A stretch of 32,000 nucleotides of DNA from Fibrobacter succinogenes subsp. succinogenes S85 (GTDB taxonomy: Bacteria > Fibrobacterota > Fibrobacteria > Fibrobacterales > Fibrobacteraceae): the NCBI RefSeq assembly GCF_000146505.1, contig NC_017448.1, positions 3,540,001 through 3,572,000 on the forward strand. Direction: 5' to 3'. A program made the translations under genes and the position numbers. This document shows, in pieces, positions 17,095-24,741 of the stretch (position 1 is the stretch's first letter; every line of letters starts with the position of its first letter). The notes beneath the pieces are model-generated. The model was not told where the DNA came from and did not search any database. It was given only the letters and a program-made list of their open reading frames with translations.

Positions 17095-17655
17095 TTATTC
17101 TAAGTACGTCAGCCCGCTGTAATTAAATTTAACGACATCGATGCTTGTGTCGGCCTGTTCGACCAGTTTTTGTTTCCATTCGCTCATCGGAATATCGCTT
17201 GCGATGAGCTTGCTTAATCGTTGACCGAACAGAATTTCTTCACGGGTGATTGTTTCTCCGTTTGATTTTGTACAGCCGTTGATGAGAGCTTCGGTGGGGT
17301 TGCTGATGAACATGGACGAGAAAAATCCGCTGAGATTCATGCTCTTTGCAAATGATGACGCGTAGCACCAGATCCCGATAACGCGTTTTGCCTTAATGTG
17401 GCGGACGTTCTTTTCTGATATAATAAATGGATTGCCGTGAGTTTGTGGGGATAAAAGTCCGCTCGGGTAGCCATGTCCACATAATATAATAGTGTCTTTT
17501 TCGGTGAGCAACGCTTGTTCAACTTTCTTTGACCATGGACCGTTGAAACCGTTAATCTCAATGACCTTGACGTTCGGGAGATCCTTCCAGATATGCTTGA
17601 GAACCAACGTGTCCGTGTCGCCCATGTTAGAAAAAATAACGGTAGCAGAATTCAT
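17095..17655 (-). CDS. Hypothetical 186-aa protein with a clan-CD (caspase-like) His-Gly...Cys pattern
   Basis: RBS aaggag on the minus strand just upstream of ATG 17655. A hydrophobic strand is followed by GHG (TIILCGHG; H61 codon 17473-17475), and 36 residues later a second hydrophobic strand is followed by Cys (RVIGIWCYAS; C97 codon 17365-17367). Confidence 0.55.
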   Translation of the reverse strand: MNSATVIFSNMGDTDTLVLKHIWKDLPNVKVIEINGFNGPWSKKVEQALLTEKDTIILCGHGYPSGLLSPQTHGNPFIISEKNVRHIKAKRVIGIWCYASSFAKSMNLSGFFSSMFISNPTEALINGCTKSNGETITREEILFGQRLSKLIASDIPMSEWKQKLVEQADTSIDVVKFNYSGLTYLE

Positions 17656-17729
17656 AAAAATCTCCTTTTTTTCTCTGTATCGTTGTTCTGTCTGAATTTG
17701 TCAACTAACATAAGTGACAGAAAATGACC

Positions 17730-17758
17730 TTGACAAAAACCGTAATTTTTACTATATT
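17730..17758 (+). promoter_or_regulatory. Sigma-70-like promoter candidate for the 17909 operon
   Basis: TTGACA 17730-17735, exactly 17 nt of spacer, TATATT 17753-17758, inside a 253-nt AT-rich divergent intergenic region. Promoter consensus for this lineage is not known to me. Confidence 0.4.
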
Positions 17759-17908
17759 AGCCCGGCTTTTATGAGTTTGGTTTTATAATTGTTTAATGAA
17801 AATATTGTTTAGGGTTTAAGGAAAATTAATTGTTTTTCCTGTTTCCCTCTGTCGTTTTTCCTTGACATTGTTGTTTGACTTTTAATCCATTAATTAAAGA
17901 GGTAAGTT

Positions 17909-18799
17909 ATGGATATGTCTTGTGCTGTACAGACAAATGACTCTCCACGCTTTAAGCTGGAGGAGAATGAAAAAATCTACGCATTGTTTGATGCGTTCAT
18001 CAAAAAAACTCTTGTTGAAGACCGCGCCATCGATTTTTCGGCACCCGCAATACTCAATGAAGATGGCACCATAGAATTTTACGAAAGCGACTATCGATTC
18101 TCCGACTTAATCCGGGGTGTCGGCCACAATAATACAAAGGCTTGCTTTGAACAACTAATCGCTAAGCGGGTCACGAAAGAATACAAGCTTTTGGCGACAT
18201 CCGAACCGTTCGTGGAAAAATTACTACTGCTGTCCGCTCATTTCTACTGGTTGTGGAGCTTGGGTATTTCTTTTTGCGAAACTTCTTGCGGTGAATATGG
18301 CAAGGCACTTTCTATCAATGAAGGTTGGGCTGATTACATTGATGATTACTATGTAGGACAAGGTCTCTGGAGTACATCGACAACTCGACCCGCTCGCAAA
18401 AAAGAACTGATGTTGATCTATTCTATCTTTGAACAGTTCATCACATGGCCGAAAAAGCCAACGTTTAAAAATTTGTTTGAACTGAAACAGGCTCTGGTCC
18501 ATTTCGTCTTCAAGACCAAGCTTGATTCAAACGCTCCAATCCGCAACGGTCTACTCCACTTCTGCAATCCCGACCGTTACATTGACTTCTACCGTTACGA
18601 ATCAAAAGTTCAGTACGTTGAAAATAATTCCAATCTGCTGCGAGATTACAAGGTATCGGACTACGCTCAAATGCTCACTCAGGATGGTCTCTATTTTTCC
18701 ACCAGAATTGGCAAGGTTGAAGACCACTTGGTCTACAAGGCAAACCGAACTGAAGAAAAAATTTGCTACATCTATGACAAGCTTACTCAAGTAGGTTAG
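17909..18799 (+). CDS. Hypothetical protein (296 aa), first gene of the LRR-A operon
   Basis: RBS aaagagg upstream. No signal peptide or TM segment. Stop TAG 18797-18799 abuts the RBS of the next gene. No confident motif. Confidence 0.6.
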   Translation: MDMSCAVQTNDSPRFKLEENEKIYALFDAFIKKTLVEDRAIDFSAPAILNEDGTIEFYESDYRFSDLIRGVGHNNTKACFEQLIAKRVTKEYKLLATSEPFVEKLLLLSAHFYWLWSLGISFCETSCGEYGKALSINEGWADYIDDYYVGQGLWSTSTTRPARKKELMLIYSIFEQFITWPKKPTFKNLFELKQALVHFVFKTKLDSNAPIRNGLLHFCNPDRYIDFYRYESKVQYVENNSNLLRDYKVSDYAQMLTQDGLYFSTRIGKVEDHLVYKANRTEEKICYIYDKLTQVG

Positions 18800-18813
18800 A
18801 AAGAGGATTTATT

Positions 18814-21218
18814 ATGATCGCCAAAAATAAAGAACAACTTATTGAACTAATCCATAAAGCCATTGAAGAAAAGGGTTATGAATGCGACCTGAATTTTATT
18901 GACGTGTCGCAAGTGTATGATATGAGCGAATTGTTTAGCCATTCCCCGTTTAACGGCGACATTATAAATGGGATGTGTCGAATGTGTGGAGTATGAGAGA
19001 AATGTTTGCTTTCTCTCGGTTTAATGGCGATATTAGTGGGTGGAACGTATCAAACGTGACGGATATGGGAAGCATGTTTTGGAGGTCTAAATTCAATGGC
19101 GATATCAGTCATTGGGATGTGTCTAATGTGACGTACATGGCGTGTATGTTTAGCTGTTCTAAGTTCAATGGTGATATCAGCCGTTGGAATGTGTCTCGTG
19201 TGACAGATATGAGAGGCATGTTTGTTCATTCTCCATTCAATGGCGATGTCAGTCATTGGAATGTATCGAATGTGAAAGATTTTGGCTGTATGTTTGACGA
19301 ATCTGCTACGGAATGGGCGATGTGTTATCCGTCCTGGTATAAGGGTAAGCGAGTAAATGGGATTGTTGCCGAGAACCGCGAAAATCTTATTGAAATTATT
19401 AAAGCCGTAATTAAAAGAAATGGCTCAGAGTGTGATTTGAATTATATTGACGTGTCGCAAGTGACGAATATGAGATATCTGTTTGTTCATTCACAATTCA
19501 ATGGCGATATTAGTGGGTGGGATGTGTCGAATGTGACAGATATGAGGGGAATGTTTAGAGATTCTCTGTTTGAAGGTGATATCAGTCAGTGGAATGTCTC
19601 GAAAGAAACGGTTAAGGATAGTATGTTTTTCAACTCTGGTATTGAAAAAAACAATCGCTATCCATCTTGGTATGGAAAAGATGAACAGGTCCATAAGGTT
19701 GTTGCTCGGGATCGTGATCATCTTATCGAGCTTATTGATGCGGCAATTGAAAGAAATGGTCTTGAATGTGACTTGAATTTTATTGATGTGTCGCAGGTGA
19801 CGGATATGAGTTGGCTGTTTGGTTTTTATTCGCTTGATGATGAAACGGATGAAGAAATTCCCGAAGAAGAAATGGATGATTCGCAAAGAAAAGCTTTAAA
19901 AAGAAGTCAATTTGATGGCGATATCAGTCAATGGGATGTGTCGCATGTGACAAACATGAAAGCGATGTTTTTTTCCTCTTCTTTTAATGGAGATATCGGT
20001 CAGTGGGACGTGTCATGCGCGAAAGACATGAAAGGGGTGTTTTTCAATTCACAATTCAATGGTGATATTAGCGGGTGGAATGTATCGAATGTGACTGATA
20101 TGACGGGGATGTTTTGGTACTCTAAATTCAACAGAGACATTAGTAAATGGAATGTGTCAAATGAGACGGTTAAGGATAATATGTTTCTAGAGTCTGCTAC
20201 GGAATGGGCGAATTGCTATCCGTCCTGGTATGGGATAGATGAACGGAACCAAAAAGTTGTTGCTACTGACTGTTATAATCTTATGGAGATTATTGATGCG
20301 GCGATTGAAAGAAAGGGCTTGCAATGTGACCTGAATTATATTGACGTGTCGCAAGTGACGGATATGCGCAAGTTGTTTGGGTTTACGCGGATTTTTAATG
20401 ATTACGGTGAAGAAATTCCCGATGAGGAGTATGCTGAATGGAATAGAAAAACACTATTGAGAAACAAATTTAATGGCGATATCAGTGGGTGGGATGTGTC
20501 GAACGTGACGGATATGACGGATATGTTTCGCGGTTCTGATTTCAATGGTGACATCAGTCAATGGGATGTGTCAAATGTAACGAACATGGAAGGGCTTTTT
20601 GTCAGCTCAAAATTTAACGGCGATATCAGTCGATGGAATGTATCGAACGTGACGGATATGAACAATATGTTTGGCAACACTGAATTCAATGGCGATATCA
20701 GCGGGTGGGATGTATCAAACGTGACTAATATGATGGGAATGTTTTGGTGTTCTAAATTCAACGGCGATATTAGTCAATGGGATGTGTCAAATGTGACAGA
20801 TATGTATGGCATGTTTGAATGTTCTAAGTTCAATGGCGATATTAGCCATTGGGATGTATCTCATGTGACGAATATGAAAAACATGTTTTATAGTTCCGAA
20901 TTCAATGGCGATATCAGTCAATGGAATGTCTCAAATGTGACGGAAATGAGCAGCATGTTTCAATGTTCTAAGTTCAATGGCGACATCTGCCATTGGAATG
21001 TATCCCATGTGACGAATATGAAAGACTTGTTTCATGGTTCCGAATTTAATGGTGATATCAGTCAATGGAATGTCTCAAATGTGACGGAAATGAGCGGCAT
21101 GTTTCAATATTCAAAATTCAAAGGCGACATCAGTCAGTGGGATATGTCAAATGTTACAGATAAAGAGTATATGTTTGATGACGATGATGATGAAATGTTT
21201 GACGAAAATGATGAGTAG
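18814..21218 (+). pseudogene. DUF285 / BspA-type LRR protein (LRR-A), four capped modules, interrupted by a 1-nt frameshift at about 18961-18966 (or a sequencing error)
   Basis: ORF 18814..18996 encodes the canonical family N-terminus ([34 protein letters not shown]...FNGDI). It then leaves the repeat frame, which continues in the frame opening at 18954 (...[14 protein letters not shown]...). The text gac att at aaa tgg gat gtg looks like GDIS-KWDV with one base missing from the Ser codon. Confidence 0.65.
18889..21176 (+). repeat. Coding 72-nt (24-aa) DUF285 LRR repeat array, about 21 units
   Basis: My count from the translation: units of the form FNGDISxWDVSNVTxMxxMFxxSx. The array is broken by three cap/header junctions near 19362, 19698 and 20255. 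Confidence 0.8.
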
Positions 21219-21246
21219 AGAGGCGGGGTAGAGTCATTTTACATTT

Positions 21247-21283
21247 CCCACCCATTTAACGATAATATATGGGTGGGTTTATT
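21247..21283 (+). terminator. Hairpin terminator candidate after LRR-A
   Basis: cccaccca (21247-21254), 15-nt loop, tgggtggg (21270-21277), then tttatt. ATG 21269 of the ORF track lies inside this hairpin. Confidence 0.5.
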
Positions 21284-21313
21284 GTATCAATTTCTTTTTT
21301 ACAAGGAATTATT

Positions 21314-22051
21314 ATGATCAAAAAATATTTGGAAAATGAATACAAAGAAGACATCAAGAATGTCTTTAACACAGAACCAAGATGCGATAGTTGGTTCTGT
21401 ATAGACTACAATAGAGATCAATGGGCTGAAATCCAAGCTAAGAACTTGGCTTTGTCCAAGGAAAATCCGGATCGTCATTTTGTTCTATCTAGTGTATTTC
21501 TATTCCATTTTATAGTTACCATAGCCATGTGGGATGAATGTTCTTATAACCAAACGTTCAATTATGATGGATTTAAGGAGTTCTATGAAGGATTGACAGG
21601 ATGGCCGCAAATGCATCTGACGTACTGGAAGGAATTTTCACGAAAATACTCCGATGAAGAATTCCTGCTGGTAGATGTCAAAAAAATTCTAGACCGTTTC
21701 TCTCTGATGCGTAACGGCATTCAAAATCGAACAAGTGAATTTATGTTGTCGTGTATTTTTGCTGCTATGCAGGGACAATTGAATGATGCATTGATTAAAT
21801 GGAATGTTTCGAAAAAGTCTAAGGTCGCGGTTTCATCTAAAGTCCAGTACCTTCTGGACAGAATCAGGAATATTTTGAAGACTGGTTATATGCCGGACGA
21901 ACCGGAACAGAAAAAATCAAATCCAGAACCAAAACAGATTGAAGATAAACCGCAAATTGAATCAAAAAGTTCTGTTGGAAAAGATTCGGATACGGAGTTA
22001 ACTGATGATGAAATCGGTTTTAATGTGTACGAAGAACCCTTAATTTTATAG
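21314..22051 (+). CDS. Hypothetical protein (245 aa) with a low-complexity acidic/Lys-Pro-rich C-terminal third
   Basis: ATG 21314 is preceded by aaggaa and shares the start context ttattATGATC with the LRR genes. No signal peptide and no recognisable domain. C-terminus ...DSDTELTDDEIGFNVYEEPLIL. Confidence 0.55.
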   Translation: MIKKYLENEYKEDIKNVFNTEPRCDSWFCIDYNRDQWAEIQAKNLALSKENPDRHFVLSSVFLFHFIVTIAMWDECSYNQTFNYDGFKEFYEGLTGWPQMHLTYWKEFSRKYSDEEFLLVDVKKILDRFSLMRNGIQNRTSEFMLSCIFAAMQGQLNDALIKWNVSKKSKVAVSSKVQYLLDRIRNILKTGYMPDEPEQKKSNPEPKQIEDKPQIESKSSVGKDSDTELTDDEIGFNVYEEPLIL

Positions 22052-22191
22052 TAATATAGAGAATAAATCTCAAAGCTCCTCTGACTTCTAGGTTGGTGGG
22101 GCTTTTTCTTTAAACAGGATTTAATTAGGTTTTGAGCTTATAATCCTATTTTATATTGTATATTTCTAAAAAATATCAAAGAGGATTTATT

Positions 22192-24681
22192 ATGATCGCC
22201 CAGAACAGAGAACATCTCATTGAACTTATTGATAAAGCTATTGAAGAAAACGGTCTTGAATGCGATTTGAATTTTATCGATGTGTCGCAAGTGACTGATA
22301 TGCATGAGTTGTTCGGATTCGTTCCGATTGATGATGATATTCCTGAAGAAGAATTTGATGAAGAGCTTCGAAAAGCAAAAAAAAGAAGTTCGTTTAATGG
22401 AAATATCAGCCATTGGGACGTATCCAATGTGACAAGTATGAGCGATATGTTTAGACAATCGCAATTTAATGGTGATATTAGTAATTGGGATGTCTCTAGT
22501 GTGACTGATATGTGGGGTATGTTTAAGAAATCTCAATTTAAAGGAAATATTAGCAGATGGAACGTATCCAATGTAAAGAGTATGGGGTATATGTTCAGTG
22601 AATCTCAATTCAATGGAAACCTAAGTTGTTGGAATGTCTCAAATGTAACGGATATGAGTTATATGTTTGATGAATCCCAATTCAATGGTGATATTAGTAG
22701 TTGGAATGTATCCAATGTGACGAATATGAGTCTTATGTTTGAACACTCCCCATTCAATGGAAACATTAGTCAATGGAATGTGTATCGTGTTAAAAATTTT
22801 AGTTATATGTTTGCTGGTTCTCGGTTTAATAAGAATATTGACCGATGGTTTTTATCGCATGCTGCAAATGTGGAGGGAATGTTTGATGAATCTGTTACGG
22901 AATGGGCGAATTGCTATCCGTCCTGGTATAGAAATGAAGGACGGATAAATAGAGTTGTGGCTAGTGACCTTGAAAATCTTATTGAAATTGTTGATGCTGC
23001 TATTGAGAGAAAAGGTTTAGAATGTGACTTGAATTATATAGATGTGTCGCATGTGACTGATATGAGAAGTTTGTTTGGATTTGAAGGAGCTTATGATCCT
23101 GAACGAGATGCGGATGTCATTGCGGAATTTAATGATTTGGATCGAAAAGCATTTAAAAGAAGCAAGTTTAATGGGAATATCTGCCAATGGAATGTATCCA
23201 ATGTGACGAATATGAACGGAATGTTTGAAAATTCTCAATTTAAAGGAAACATTGGTCAATGGAATGTATTGAAAGTGACTGATATGGGGGATATGTTTGC
23301 TGGGGCGATGTTCAATGGCGATATTAGTCAGTGGGATGTATCTAACGTAAAATGTATGGCTCATTTGTTTTATGCATCTCAATTTGATGGTGATATCAGT
23401 CGGTGGGATGTATTTGGTGTGACTGATATGCATGCCATGTTTGAAGATTCCCAATACAATGGTGATCTTAGTCGGTGGGACGTATCAAATGTGACTGATA
23501 TGCATGCTATGTTTAAAGATTCCCAATTTAATGGTGATATTAGTTGGTGGAACGTGTCAAATGTGAAAAACATGCATGCTATGTTTGAAGGATCTCAGTT
23601 TAATGGTGATATTAGTCGGTGGAATGTGTCAAATGTAACGGATATGGGAAGCATGTTTGCTAATTCTCAATTTGACGGTGATATTAGTCAATGGGATGTG
23701 TCGAGTGTGACGGACATGAGTAAGATGTTTGCGTGCGATTCTGTTGTGTATGGAGAGTTCAATCCATTCTGTGGCGACATTAGCCTATGGAACGTGTCAA
23801 AAGTGAAGAATATGAGCGGGATGTTTCGGGGATCTGAATTCAATGACGATATCAGCCTTTGGAATGTGTCAGGTGTGACTAATATGAGTGTTATGTTTTC
23901 ATATTCACAATTTAACGGTGATATCAGCCAGTGGGATGTGTCAAGAGTTACTAATATGAGCTCTATGTTTGCGCATTCCCGATTTAACAAAGATATCAGT
24001 CAATGGAATGTGTCTATTGATGCCACATTGGGTAATATGTTTAATGACTCAGCCATTGAATGGGCTAACGATTATCCTTCTTGGTATAGAATTGCTAGAC
24101 CAACGAATAGGATTGTCGCTAGAGACAAAGATCATCTTGATAAAATTGTACGTGCTGTAATAGGAAGAAAAGGACCTAAATGTGATTTGAACTATATTGA
24201 TGTTTCAAATGTGACGGATATGAGCGGTTTGTTTGTTGATTCCAATTTTAATGGTGACATTAGTCAATGGAATGTCTCGAATGTGACGGATATGAGTGGT
24301 ATGTTCTTGGGTTCCAATTTCAATGGTAACATTAGTCAGTGGGATGTTTCTAAAGTCACAAATATGACTGGAATGTTTGAAGAATCCGAATTCAATGGCG
24401 ATATCAGTTCGTGGAATGTTTCTAAAGTCACGAATATGACTGAAATGTTCAAGAAATCCCAATTCAATTGTGATATTAGCGGATGGGACGTGTCTAGCGT
24501 TGTTGAGGCTAAGTCTATGTTTGAAAACTCTCAATTTAAGCGTAATATTCGCTCATGGAAATTGAAAATGCGAAATTACAGGGGCTCGATATTAGACGAT
24601 GTGTTCAATGGAACACCAAATTATAGTGCTCTTGAAAAGGCTGCAGAATTATTAGATGACGACTTTTTTTATGAAATTTAG
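22192..24681 (+). CDS. DUF285 / BspA-type LRR protein (LRR-B), three capped modules, 829 aa
   Basis: ATG 22192 with RBS aaagagg. N-terminus [37 protein letters not shown]. About 24 FNG(D/N)ISxW(D/N)VSxVTxM repeats. Internal cap/header junctions lie near 22954 and 24112. No signal peptide. Confidence 0.85.
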   Translation: MIAQNREHLIELIDKAIEENGLECDLNFIDVSQVTDMHELFGFVPIDDDIPEEEFDEELRKAKKRSSFNGNISHWDVSNVTSMSDMFRQSQFNGDISNWDVSSVTDMWGMFKKSQFKGNISRWNVSNVKSMGYMFSESQFNGNLSCWNVSNVTDMSYMFDESQFNGDISSWNVSNVTNMSLMFEHSPFNGNISQWNVYRVKNFSYMFAGSRFNKNIDRWFLSHAANVEGMFDESVTEWANCYPSWYRNEGRINRVVASDLENLIEIVDAAIERKGLECDLNYIDVSHVTDMRSLFGFEGAYDPERDADVIAEFNDLDRKAFKRSKFNGNICQWNVSNVTNMNGMFENSQFKGNIGQWNVLKVTDMGDMFAGAMFNGDISQWDVSNVKCMAHLFYASQFDGDISRWDVFGVTDMHAMFEDSQYNGDLSRWDVSNVTDMHAMFKDSQFNGDISWWNVSNVKNMHAMFEGSQFNGDISRWNVSNVTDMGSMFANSQFDGDISQWDVSSVTDMSKMFACDSVVYGEFNPFCGDISLWNVSKVKNMSGMFRGSEFNDDISLWNVSGVTNMSVMFSYSQFNGDISQWDVSRVTNMSSMFAHSRFNKDISQWNVSIDATLGNMFNDSAIEWANDYPSWYRIARPTNRIVARDKDHLDKIVRAVIGRKGPKCDLNYIDVSNVTDMSGLFVDSNFNGDISQWNVSNVTDMSGMFLGSNFNGNISQWDVSKVTNMTGMFEESEFNGDISSWNVSKVTNMTEMFKKSQFNCDISGWDVSSVVEAKSMFENSQFKRNIRSWKLKMRNYRGSILDDVFNGTPNYSALEKAAELLDDDFFYEI
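22267..24560 (+). repeat. Coding 72-nt DUF285 LRR repeat array, about 24 units
   Basis: Counted from the translation. Same 24-aa unit as in LRR-A. Confidence 0.8.
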
Positions 24682-24700
24682 TGCCTAACTAAAAATCAAG

Positions 24701-24741
24701 TATAAAACCCGTCGGCGTTCATGCCGGCGGGCTTTCTCGTT
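24701..24741. terminator. Bidirectional terminator between convergent LRR-B and the AAA+ gene
   Basis: cccgtcggc (24708-24716), loop gttcat, gccggcggg (24723-24731), with one G-U pair. Flanked by tataaaa on the left and ctttctcgtttt on the right, giving a U-run for either transcript. Confidence 0.75.

Noticed and set aside
17862-17890. Second TTGACA box upstream of the 17909 gene as a promoter
   Set aside because: No acceptable -10 hexamer lies at 16-18 nt spacing (atccat and taatcc are poor). Only the 17730-17758 candidate was kept.
18954-18996. Programmed ribosomal frameshift joining 18814..18996 to 18975..21218
   Set aside because: There is no slippery heptamer or homopolymer at the shift site (att ata aat), and no evident downstream stem-loop or pseudoknot. 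A 1-nt deletion or a sequencing error explains it more simply. I kept it as a finding, but not as programmed recoding.
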